In this document: piece after piece, positions 22,712 through 34,300 of the stretch
Layout: each line of letters begins with the position of its first letter
Position numbering within the stretch: position 1 is the first letter of the stretch
Assembly: GCF_021028975.2 (NCBI RefSeq)
Contig: NC_059428.1
Location: forward strand, 147,952,348 to 147,996,000
DNA from: Sphaerodactylus townsendi
Lineage: Eukaryota
DNA: 43,653 bases
Direction: 5' to 3'
Program-made: the position numbers and the translations under genes
The notes under the pieces: generated by a model
What the model was told of the DNA's origin: nothing
The model's database searches: none
What the model saw: the letters and a program-made list of their open reading frames with translations, nothing else

Positions 22712-22720
22712 TTTATTAAA
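22712..22720. terminator. Overlapping candidate poly(A) signals: AATAAA on minus (ATPAF2) and ATTAAA on plus (DRC3)
   Basis: TTTATTAAA between the convergent stop codons at 22213 and 23375; another plus-strand AATAAA at 23098-23103. Confidence 0.5.
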
Positions 22721-23374
22721 ATGTTCAGACAAGTTGCGCAGTGTGGCAGACAGCAGACTTTAATTCAAAGTGGAGGGTGGGAGGGGGCAGGCCACTCTTG
22801 GTCCACTGCAGGAACAATTTTAGCAGGCTCAAGTGGAGCCAGGACAGGACTGGTCTGCTGGGGCCAGGGACTCATACGAGGGGGGCCAGGAACGGGCACC
22901 TCCCCAGAAGCGGGACAGGCCCTTCAGCTGGTTAAAAGTCTTGAAAGGTTTTGGAGAACCCAGACTGGGTCCCGCCTCCATTTTAATTCCGAGTAGCAGC
23001 AACTGGCCGTTTGAGACAGGTGGCGGAGCTGTCCCTGGTCAGGATAGGGGAGCCTTTTTGGTTCTTGATGAGCTCAGCACAGCCCTTCATTTCCCAAAAT
23101 AAAACAAGGGGCTCACTGGGAGGGCAGGGAAAGGTCCACACAGACAGCCAAGACTCTTAGAACACCGTCGGCCGTTAACTGAAGGCCACCAGAGGAATGG
23201 ACCCGGGCAACAGGGTCAGCATCAACCCACAGGAAGAATGAAGCTAAGTTTGGCGCATTGCTAGTCTCTGAGTCTCAGGAGGCATGGGCGTTTCATCACC
23301 ACCAGTGGTCCAGCACTGTCAGTCGTTCTACTAGCTGTCCATCCGACAGGAGCCCCTCCTCCGCCTCCCCAGCC

Positions 23375-24038
23375 TCAGTCCTGCAGCAGCTTTTGCTTGA
23401 CGGTGGACGTCTCCGAACACAAGTGAACAAAAAGGGTAGCGGCGGCCGTGCGGGCGCGCAAGTCGTAAACGTCGTAGTCGTGGGCCCACTCCACATTCCC
23501 CCAGCGCCGGATCTGGAGAAAGAGAAATGGGCGAAACGGGTCACGAGAAAACCATCAATCCTGCCCCAGTCTGGGGGTGTCAGTCTTCCAGATGGGAGGC
23601 TGTCCTCAAAAAAATGTGACCAATCCCTCGAGTCCTGGGGGAGGAGCCGTCAACTCCCCTATGGGCTGTTATTGGCAGCAGATTCCTAAGTTTTAAAAAC
23701 TCCCAGTTCATTCCCTACACTATCTGGCATCTTCCATGTCATGTCATAAAACATTTCTGCAACGCTTGTTTCATTCCATCAGAAAAACCATGGAAGGACC
23801 TGGTATCTTTACAGTGGAGGGATACATGCTTTCACCTCCTGCATGTGAGCTCCCAAAGGCACCAGGTGGGCCACTGTGAGTAGCAGTGCTGGACTAGATG
23901 GACTCTGGTCTGATCCAGCAGGCTCTTTCTGATGTTCTTATTGAACAGCTGCCCCACACCAGTGCAAAAACTATCACATACAGAAGCTGGGATCCTGAAA
24001 ATGCCAGCCTTCCTGTTGGACAAGCACCCGCTCCTAGC

Positions 24039-24069
<31 letters not shown>

Positions 24070-27000
24070 TATATATAGCTATATATAAATATATATATTT
24101 TATTTCTCAGTTGAAATTCCCGATACACTTCACCCCAGAGGCTTCTGCTAATCTTACAGAGGCTTTTAAAAAGAAGAATATAAGATCGGTAATAGACTGA
24201 GTAAGAACAACTGAGTAATAAAATATATCTCCACCCTTTCTTTTGCACCATCGGCCTTATTTTATTTATCTCCTGTGACTGGTGCAGACTTTTATTCCTG
24301 CTTAGCAAGATGAGTTTGAAAGCATGGAAGCAGAAACCCAGAAAGGGAAGGATTATTGTAAGCAGATAACAGTTGACGCTTGGCAGGTAGCAATCCCCCA
24401 CCTTTATAGCAATTCCCCCACCCCCACCCCCCAATGCACTTGACTGGCAGAAAGAGTGCAAACCATGCAAAGTAGGTAAATAATCTGCATAATTTATAAC
24501 TCACTCCAAGGGGGCCAAGCTTAGTGAAAACAAACTGAATCATCTGCGATAAGGTCATGCACGAAAACACAGTTTTCATTTGCATCGCTTCTGCACATGG
24601 TGCAGAACCCTGGCTGCCTCGATTCTAAATTCCAGCATTTTGTTTTCTACACATTCTTGGGGAGAAGATTTTGAGGGATTTCAGGGCCCCGTATGCAGAG
24701 AGAAGAACCTCGTCCAAGCAACCAAAGCTGGATTCAAGCCCTGCCAGTCAAACGGATGCTCCGGCCCCTGCCTTCACCCACTGCAAGTCCGTGCCCTCCC
24801 TGCACAAGGGGTCTGGAGCCCTCTGTGCTGCTTTAAAACGAGAGGAGGCCCGCTCAGAGCACACGACATCTCCCCACAGTGCATGGCTGGGAATCCCGTC
24901 CCCAAAATTTTAAAAGGCGCTACTGAAGTTCTGGATTGAGCTGGGGGGAGACTCACCTGGTATTCCTCCTCCAGGCGAGATAACAAGACAGCTTGCTCCA
25001 CCGTCAGTTGCTTGTCTACGAGGCCCATCGAGAGAATCAGAGACTTCAGCTGGGCTATCATGTATTCTATGCCTGGCGAGAGGGAAAAACGTTGCGGTTG
25101 CGCTCGCCATGTGAAGCAGCTTCCACCACTGGTTCACGCACCTCCCCAGGTCACAAAGATTAAAGGCTATCAAAAATTGCCCAAGCAGTTTCATGCAGTT
25201 TAGACTGGGGAGAGGCAGGGTTCCTCGACCTTTGGCCTCCCCATCCCAAACCCCACCCCACCGCCCCGCAGCAAGATGAGGAGGCTCAGGACTTTTGATC
25301 TCGGGAAGGAGACTTCCCACTGGCTTAGAAAACACTGCAAATGGGAAATGGGGTGGGGGAACAATTATGGAAAAATGTGGGAAGCTGCCCTGTCTGTACC
25401 ATGCAAAGCCCATGTGTTGTATGATGCAAGGTGGCTGGCAAAGGTGTCTTTGGTGCTTTGCGGGATGCTGGGCCCCATGATGCTGGTTGAAGAGCCGATG
25501 GTGACGTTGTACCTGGTTGAGGGTGGGGAAGGAGGAGAATAAAGAGATCACAGGTTAGATCTGCTGGGATCTAGAATCATAAAGTTGGAAGAGACCCCAA
25601 GGGCCATCATGTCCAGCCCCCTGCAATGCAGGAACACACCATCAAAGCACTCCTGACAGATGGCCATCCAGCCTCTGTTTAAAAACCTCCAAAGGAGGAG
25701 ACTCCTCCACACTGCGAGGTAGTGAATTCTACTGTCATCGAAATATCCTCTAAATGTGCCAGCCACAGATGCAGGCGAAAACGTCAGGAGAAAATGCTAC
25801 TGGAATATGGCCATATAGCTTGCTCCAGTGATTCCGGCCGTGAAAGTCCTCGACAATGCATCAACTCTCTTGTGATACAAGCCGTTGGTATTTGCGGGGG
25901 TGGTGGTGTGCCAGAATCCTGTGCCTATTTCGGGGGGGGGGGTTCCTTTTGCACCCACTCACCTCTTTTCCGCCCATGCAATGACAGGATCCCATTCATT
26001 TTTCTGCAATTCCACCAAGGCAGGCGGCTCCTCCACACGATAGCTGCAGCATCCCCGAAAGGGCAAGAAGAACACACAGCCGGTCACTGGACTGTTCAGC
26101 CACGCTGAAGCTGCATCTGTGCCAGTTGCCCTGTTTTGCCCTCTGCGCCCCTGCCCAGCCCCATCCTCAGTCTTCATGCTTTGTCCTGGCATGCTAATTT
26201 AAGGGACTCCCCAGCCTGCAACAAATGTCAGAAGCACTCCTACCAGATGGTGTCTGTCTCCAGGAACTTCACGGCCGCCCTGATGAGCTGTTCTTTGCTT
26301 CTCTGCGATGGGTTGTCCAGAGCTGTGTTACATAAAGTCGTCTGAAAAGAAAGGGATGGATTATGAACTAAACATCCCCACCTCCCTATGCCCTACGAAA
26401 AGAGACTTAGAGAACTGGGGATGGTTAGGGTTAGGGTTAGAGAAGTGAAAGTTAAGGGGGGACATGATAGCTATGTTTAAATGTTTGAAGGGATGCCATG
26501 TCGAAGAGGGAGCAAGCTTGTTTTCTTCTGCCTCAGAGACTAGGACACAGAGTAACAGATTCAAGGTGCAGGAAAAAAGATTCCACCTAAACATTAGGAA
26601 GAACTTCCTGACCATCAGGCTGGGATGGAGGTGGAGAACTACATTTGTCACCCTTGCAGGAAAACAGCAGAATAAGAACGCAAGAGAAAGAGAACTGTTG
26701 GACTCACCAGGTGCATGGTGAAAAACTGGATAGTGTCCCGCTGTGAATCCCACTCCGTCGCCACTGCAAGAGCCAAAGGCTTGCTGGGTACCATGAAGAT
26801 CTTATTCTGGGGAGTTTTCAGCTTCCGATGGTCCAGGTTGATTTCAAAACCGCCTAAAGGAGAAAGTTTTTAAATGTATATATTTTAGAAAGTTACCCAG
26901 TCTGCAGCTAGAATGGTAATATGGGGTTTGGGCAGTCCCGATTTTCCTGAGTCCTATTGTCTGAGCCCGGCATTCTCCTAACTTTGTACTCAATTTTGCC

Positions 27001-27539
27001 TGGAAGGAGGTGCCCGGTCATTCTTTATTTGGTCATTTGACCAGCTTATACAGATAAAATGAGGCTAACAACAGTGATTAACAAACAGCTGTACCAGAGA
27101 CCCAAAGTCCCCTGCCTATCAGCCTAAACCCCCTTGAGATAGGACACAGTCCAGATAAATTTATTCCAGGCATTGAAATAACAGCAGAAAGCTAAAATTT
27201 GAGGAAAAACTTACCTTCACCTTGGGAGATGTTAACATTCTGGTAAAACCGTTTCCTTTCTGAGAAGGCAAAAGTATGTCTGGTCAGGAGACAAATGAAA
27301 CCTTAGTTTTCAAGATTTGATGAGATCAGGATAGCTCTATCCATGTCATGGCATTACCTCTCACCCAGCCCCGTTACAGCAAGCCAAACTCTGCCTGTAA
27401 TCTTACCTGGCTGTGGCGTATATGCCTGCCTCAAATCCACTTGCCAAAACACCAGCCGGCGAGCAAAGAGAACCGGGCGTCGACACCGGACTGCGGCGGG
27501 AACACCAGCGAGCACGCTCTGCAAACTGCCACTCCACAT
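23375..27539 (-). CDS. ATPAF2: ATP synthase mitochondrial F1 complex assembly factor 2 (ATP12 family), 289 aa
   Basis: Exons (minus): 27539-27407, 27259-27215, 26853-26708, 26341-26244, 26043-25963, 25512-25400, 25072-24957, 23512-23375 (TGA); total 870 nt, all GT-AG. Arg-rich presequence-like N-terminus followed by ERKRFYQNV...GFEINLDHRKLKTP...VEQAVLLSRLEEEYQIRRWGNVEWAHD. Confidence 0.96.
23828..23941 (+). mobile_element. CR1 LINE extreme 3' end, subfamily A
   Basis: Matches 731-846. Confidence 0.85.
24039..24096. repeat. (AT)n microsatellite
   Basis: Directly visible. Confidence 0.9.
25572..25737 (-). mobile_element. CR1 LINE 3' end, subfamily B
   Basis: TAGAATCATAAAGTTGGAAGAGACCCCAAGGGCCATC..., matches 18926-19080. 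Confidence 0.85.
25745..25860 (+). mobile_element. Penelope-like end fragment with a mutated hammerhead core
   Basis: Reverse-complement homologue of 33309-33404. Confidence 0.7.
26385..26618 (+). mobile_element. CR1 LINE fragment, subfamily B
   Basis: ORF MIAMFKCLKGCHVEEGASLFSS...FHLNIRKNFLT. Confidence 0.85.
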
Positions 27540-27949
27540 TGTGAAGGGTCAGGAAGGAAAGTGAAGCGACCCACCCACAGAGACTTTGCTCTCTTCCAAA
27601 AGACTCACTCCACCAAGTGGCCCCTGGCTAGTATTAAAATACACATGCAACACATCTACCACTTGCAATCTAGCATGCATAAGTATTTTGCTCTAAAATG
27701 CACGTGTGTGTATGTATATATACGCAGAAATATACTGTGGCTCTAAGTTATTTAACTTGCAGCCATTAGACCCAGTGCAAATTTTTACAGGGGTGGGCAG
27801 ACAATATAAAGGAAGGTTTGAGAAGACCAGCAGTCTCCGCAGATTGCTCTGCCCTTATTTTGTATGAACTGGGGAGCTGGAAATTTGCAGCCCTGCAAAT
27901 CTCTGCGGGGAAATCCTGGCTCAGCTCTCTCCAGCCCGGACCCTTTACG

Positions 27950-28320
27950 GGAGAGGGCGCTTTCCAAGCCTTCCAGCCCCCCCGCTCCCCACCGATCTAC
28001 TCTCAGCCCCTAATTCTTCCTGCAATGACATTCCAGCCCTGCTGTCTCATGGGCGCCGCCATCTTGCCCCGGGCGGAAGCATTTCCCGCAACGCGTTTTG
28101 TCCCCTCGCGGCCGCCGTGGCCGGGCCGGCGTCCTATAAAGCCGGGCCAATGGGGCGGCGGTGCGCGGGCGGCGGGCCAATCGGGAGCGGCGCGGGGAGA
28201 TGACGCGGCCACGGCGGCCTGTGAGGTGGCGGGGGAGACGCCGCGACGGGGAGGCCGGAGGGCGGCCGAGGCTGGCGGCGGGGGGCGTCGTCGCGCTGGC
28301 GCCGGGAGACTCGCCCGCCA
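27950..28320. promoter_or_regulatory. CpG-island bidirectional promoter for ATPAF2 (-) and GID4 (+)
   Basis: CpG-dense; YY1-type GCCGCCATCTTG near 28055-28066, TATAAA 28135-28140, CCAAT at 28147 and 28177, GC boxes. Confidence 0.72.
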
Positions 28321-31300
28321 TGCCCGTGCGGAGCGCCTGCTGCTGCCCGCCGCCCCCGCCGCTGCCGCCGCCCTTGCCCGGCGCCGCCACCGCCGCCCGC
28401 CTGGAGCCGCCGCCGCCCATCAACACGGCCCAGCCGGGCGTCAGCACCAGCCGCCTCTACAGCGGCGCCAAGTTCCGCGGGCAGCAGCGCTCCAAGGGCA
28501 ACGCCTACGAGGTCGAGGTCGTCGTCCAGGTCCGCAAGCCGGGGGGGGGGGGGGGGGGGGGGTGGAAGTCTCGGCGCGCCTCCGTCGGAATGCGCGGGCA
28601 CGTGCGTGGGTGTATGCGAGTGGGTGGCGCGCGCATGCATGTACATACGTGGGCGTGCATGTGCGCTCTCACTCGTGTGTACGCTTTCTCAATATATATG
28701 AGCGCGTGCGTGTGCGTGGGTGAACATGTGTGTCAATACAGAGCTATACACACGTGCACTTATACACGTAAATGCTATACGCGCGTGCACGTATTTATAC
28801 ACGTGCACGCACATGTGTGTGTAAATATAGAGCCATACGCACACACATATTTATACACATTTTTTAACTGAGTAGGAATGCAGGTACTAGTGTCTTAAGC
28901 ATAGCAAGGGATAATAAACACGTGTGCATATGAATACTGCACATGTGCATACACGTTTATACACACTCATGCATTGTCTCTCACTGAATATATAGGAATG
29001 TAGGTATTAGTGTGTGTATGTATATCAAGGCATATGAGGTCATGAGTGTGTGTGTACATGTATAACTTATACACACACATATTTATACACTGAATATATA
29101 GGAATGCAGATATTGGTGTGTATATCAAGGGATAAACTTATGTGTGCCTATGTATATACATGTGCACACACATTTATACACACTCTCGCTGAATATACAT
29201 GAATACTTTCACTGATATATGTGAGTGTGTGTATATATATATGAATGTCTGTGTGAGTAGATCTGAATGCATGTGTATATAGGTGTACCCACATGTTTTT
29301 GAACACATTCTGTCTCGCTGAATATGTATGAATGCAGGTCTTAGCGTGTGCATGTATATTAGGCATACCCTGTTTCCCCTAATATAAGACATCCCCGAAA
29401 AATAAGACATAGTAGAGGTTTTGCTGAAGTGCAAAATATAAGGCATCCCCCAAAAGTAAGACATAGCAAAGTTTTTGTTTGGAAGCATGCCCGACGAACA
29501 GAACACAGAAAAATAAGACATCCCCTGAAAATAAGACATAGCGCATCTTGGGGAGCAAAAACTAATATAAGACACTGTCTTATATTCGGGGAAACACGGT
29601 ATATATGTGCGCATATGTATACGTGTGTGTTTGTAAATATATATTCAATGGAAAACTGATCTGTAATATATTCAATGGAAAACTGATCTGTAATTCAATG
29701 GGAGATTATCAAAGAAGTCCATGGCCTACACAGGAGGAAGCAATGGCAAACCATCTCTGTTTGTCCCTTGCCTGACCTGGATGGTCTACGGCCTAGGCTA
29801 ACCCCACCTGATGAGATCTCAAAAGCCAGAGGGGTGTAGTGGTTAAGAGCAGGTGGACTCTAATCTGGAGAACCGGGTTTGACTCTCTACTCCTCCACAT
29901 GAGTTGTGGACTTTTATCTGGTGAACCAGATGTATTTCCGCACTCCTACGTTCCTCTTGGGTGACCTTGGGCCAGTCACAGTTCTTCGCAGCTCTCTCAA
30001 CCCCCCCACCCCCAGTGTGTCTGTTGTGGGGAGAGGAAGGGAAAGGAGTTTGAAAGCTGTCTTGAGTCTCCTTACAGGAGACTCGGAAGCTTCTTAAATC
30101 CAAACTCTTCTCTTCTCTGGCAGGGTTGGTCTTTGTTAGAGCTTGGATGGGAGACCACCAAGGAAGTTCAGTGTCATGATGCAGAAGCAGGCAATGGCAA
30201 ACCAGTGTGGTGTAGTAATTTAGAGTATCAATCTCTAACTGGAGAACTGGGCTTGATTCCCCACTCCTCCACTTGAAGCCTTCTGTGTGACCTTGGGCCA
30301 ATCACAGTTCTCTCTCAACTCTCTCAGCCCCACTTACCTCACAAGGTGCCAGTTGTGGGGAAGGGGAGGGAAGACAATTGTAAGTCGCTTGAGACTCCTT
30401 AAAGGTAGAGAAAAGCAGGGCAAAAAAAACAAACTCTTTTTCTGCAGTGGTCTCTTGACCCCGTGGGGTCACCATAAATCAGCTGTGACTTGGCAGCACT
30501 TTCTGTCACCACTGTGTGTATATTTGTATATGTATCGGTCTGTACATATGTTTATGTATGAGGAAGGACTTTCGAGGCCATCAAGATTTTCAGGTGCTTT
30601 AGCTTACCCACTCTTCGATTTCGAATACCTTTAATGGCATATAAATAGTTTAAGATTAACTTAGCAAGATAATAACAGCCTTTACAACTTTACAACTTCT
30701 GACGAGTTAAAATAACACCATTTAAAAATTTAGCCACCGCTTCCAACAGCTTGTAGTTGTGGCTGTTTAAAAGATATATCACCTTCTGTTTATCTGTAAT
30801 GCCTTCACTTCCATGCAGGAAGGGGATTATGTGCTTCTTCCTACCTATTTCATAAAAAGGACAATTCAACAGCATATGAGATACTGTTTCCACAGAACCC
30901 ATGCCACACGGGCATTTCCTTTCTTTATGTGTGCTTACCCACTCATCTGCTCATACGCTGAATATCTTGCTCCTCTCTGAGGTGCTTGGGTACTTGAATC
31001 TAGCTTTTCTAAGTCCCCCCTCCCCCCTTGAAAATAAGTGTCCTGCATTCACTCCCTTTGTAGGAGCCTGCCTTGGCATTGTTAGTCACAATGTTGAGAT
31101 CGGCTTTACAGATTCAACTCTAGCTCTTCCGAGATCAACGAGATTTTCAGGTGCTTTTGAGAGCCAACACTTTCTCAGGTACAAGTAGAAGTGGAGATCC
31201 CTGAACCTTTTACAGCTCAGGTGGGAGAAATGTTGGGGGGAAGAGAGGCAGAATGTTAGGCAGCATAGCTAGAAAGGCTCCAGGATCTTCCGATTTGTAT

Positions 31301-34300
31301 CTGATGAAGAGAGATTTGACCCTCGGAAGCTCATCCCTCCCAAAATCTTGTGCTCTCTGAGGGGACTTCTGGACTCGATTCTAGCTATTCTGTTGCAAAC
31401 CAGCATGACTACCTATGAAACCATCTGTTTGCATGCATGCTTGTGTCTTTTCTACACTAGCTGTGGACATCGGTAGTAGTGATGTAAACAGCCACAGGCA
31501 AACCTTTCTATGCTTCTCTTTCTGGGTACCTAGAGAGTGAAGCCCCATGGGGCAGAGAGGTGACCTGCTCATGAGTTCAATCCTGACAGAAGTCAGTTTC
31601 AGGTAGCCGGCTCAAGGTTGATCCAGCCTTCTGAGGTCTGTAAAATGAGTACTCCCACCATATCCTGGCTGCCTATGGCAACAAGGAGCTAAGCTTTAGT
31701 GCAAATATTCATTAAAATGCGACAGTGAATGTGCAGAAGCGCAAAACACGCATAGCAACGTGTACAGCTTTGCTTTGGGGACCTTGGGTCAGCTACCTAC
31801 CCATTCTCAGTCTGTCCTACCTCGTGGGATTGTTTTTGGAGAAAGTGGAAGGGAGGAGGTGAGCCACCTTGGTAATCAAAGGGTGGGAGGTGAGCCACAA
31901 TAACTGGGAAATTATCATAAATCTTAGTCCAATGAATACCAATTAGCAGGGGTCTGCAATGGTCCAATTGGCCATGCTGGCAGGGGCTGATGGGAATTGT
32001 AGTCCATGAGCATCTGGAGAGCCGCAGGTTGCAGACCCCTGGTCTATTTCAGAGTCCCGCTGATAGTTATTTTTCGTAGTATCAAGAATCGCTCATAAAC
32101 AGACCACCCTAGTAAATGTTGTCATGTGATCTCACCCCATGCATCAATAATGATCCTCGCAGCTTTGATCTAACGGGGCTCTTCTGATGGATGTCCTTAT
32201 CATTGTCTTCTGCGTGTCAGTGAAGTCTTTTTCTGTTTTGTTTGATGTACCTATATGTCAAGCCGCCCTTCCTTATTTTGATGTGTTTGTGTGTTCGTCA
32301 GCTGTTGTTGAATGGTACATTATTGAATTATTGTACGTGATTTCACGTTTGACGCTCGCCAACTTGGGAGACCCTGCTTGGGTGGAAAAGAAGCATTTTC
32401 AATAAACAATCTATGTTGATCAGGGGAAATGAGAACAGGGGAGGAGGGAAAGGGATGGTCTAAGGCTAAACAGCTGGCGCTGGGAGTTGGATGTTTGGAA
32501 GCAGAAGCAGGGGTTTGGGGGGGGAGACTCTGGTATTGCAGTCAGAGAGTGTTTCCTCCGGTGTCTGGTTTGTGGGAATCATCCGGATCAGCGGCAAGCA
32601 CGCAGCCCAGCAGCTGCTTGCGTGGCGGGGAATGAGTCAGTTTCCTTGCTGTGTGGTTGCCACTTTGGAAACCCAAGGTGGTATCCCCTGCCTGTTCTTC
32701 CCTTCTGGAAAAACAAATACTGGTAAAACTGTCCAGGGGATGTGGGGAGAAATGCATGCAGTGCTTGCGGGGGGAGGGGGTATCGGAGTCGGTCCAGAAA
32801 TCTCCCCGGTCCAGAACATTGGATGTGAATAGCAGCCACTGGTCACTGTGTCTCGTTGCGTCTGGAACAGTGTGAAATGCACATGAAACATTTCTGACTG
32901 GCGCAGAGCCGCGCTTTAGAGAAAGCAGCCTTCTGTTGCTTAGCAACCACCAATATTTTCCCAACGTTACCTTAATTTAGCTGACAGGCTCCCCGATTTT
33001 TGGCTTTGGAAGGTTTCTCTGCATGGGGGATAAAAACAGCACATTACCTTTAATGCATTAACTGTAAATTTGCAGCCAACCAGCCCCGCGCAGCTGAATT
33101 CATGGCTAAGGTTTATCAGCAGCTTATTGTGTCCCCACAGCTAGGCTGGATCTTGATGAACAACCCCTGAATTGTTTTATTTTGTTTATTTTCCTCAATT
33201 AATACCTCGCTTTTCTCCCTGGCGCGGACCCAAGGTGGTTCACCTCCTCCCTTCCACTATCTCCAAAAACAATCTTGCGTGGTAGGACAGACTGAGAATG
33301 GTTAGGTGGGCTGCTGTGTGGTTTCCGGGCTGTATGGCCGTGTTCTAGCAGCGTTCTCTCCCGACGTTTCGCCTGCATCGGTGGCTGGCATCTTCAGAGG
33401 ATCTGAATGGTTAGGTGCCTGAGCCAAGGGCCCCAAAGCAAGCTTTCATAGCAGAGTGGGGATTTGAACCCGTGTCTCCTGGTTCGTAGTGTGCCAGCCT
33501 AACCACTAACAGTGAGGACCAGTATCTTGCATTCCCTACTTGCAAGGAGACTTCTGATTTTGCCGGTATTGGGAAACAAGACGCTGGGCTCAACGAACCT
33601 TGATTTTCGGGGTTCCCTTGTGGTTTCCGATTCCTCCATCTTTCCCTTGTTCCTTTCTTCATTTTCTACCCCATTTTTCTTTCAAAGAGCTCAGGCTGGG
33701 GTACGTGGGTGGCACTTTTAGCACCCTGCCTTCCCAACTTGGTTTACTCAGTTGCCCCCGAGCATGCATAATTAACAGGAGGGCATTCCTTTCTTTTCCA
33801 GCATGTGGACAAGGAGAATTCCTATCTCTGCGGCTACTTGAAGATTAAAGGCCTTACGGAGGTAAGCGTGGGGGCACACGGGAGACCGAGGGTGCCACTC
33901 CGGGAACAGAATAGAGGTATGCTTACCCGACTGGGGTTTTCAGTGTTGGTGATTTTCCAACTTTGCTCCCCTGCAGGAATATCCGACCCTCACAACTTTC
34001 TTTGAAGGGGAAATAATCAGTAAAAAGCACCCGTTCTTAACACGGAAGTGGGACGCGGACGAAGACGTTGACCGTAAGCATTGGGTGAGTCCCCCCGGTG
34101 TGACTTGCTTTTTCCCTGTCACGGGGAGTGAACTCTTTCAACTGACTGAAGGGGGGGTGGGGGTTGCTCTATAAAAAAAAGACCCTTCTGTGTAAGAAAC
34201 TGTATTTTCTTTATTTCATTCATACCTTTCACAGCATCCCTGTGAGGTAGGTGAGGCTGGGAGTGTATGACTGGCCCAGGATCACCCACTGAGTGACTGC

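Noticed and set aside
23832-24470. 212-aa minus ORF in the last ATPAF2 intron
   Set aside because: Runs through an (AT)n microsatellite and a CR1 tail; no recognisable domain.
26423-26440. Interstitial telomeric repeat GGTTAGGGTTAGGGTTAG
   Set aside because: Only about three units inside a CR1 fragment; compatible with local slippage.
27818-28871. 301-aa and other overlapping ORFs over the second CpG island
   Set aside because: GC-rich alternative frames; only the GID4 frame matches a known protein.
29637-29700. Short tandem duplication of ATATTCAATGGAAAACTGATCTGTA
   Set aside because: Simple local duplication with no sign of function.
29805-29826. CTGATGA as another hammerhead core
   Set aside because: No GAAA, stem II or cleavage triplet in register; it falls in the 5S-derived SINE head.
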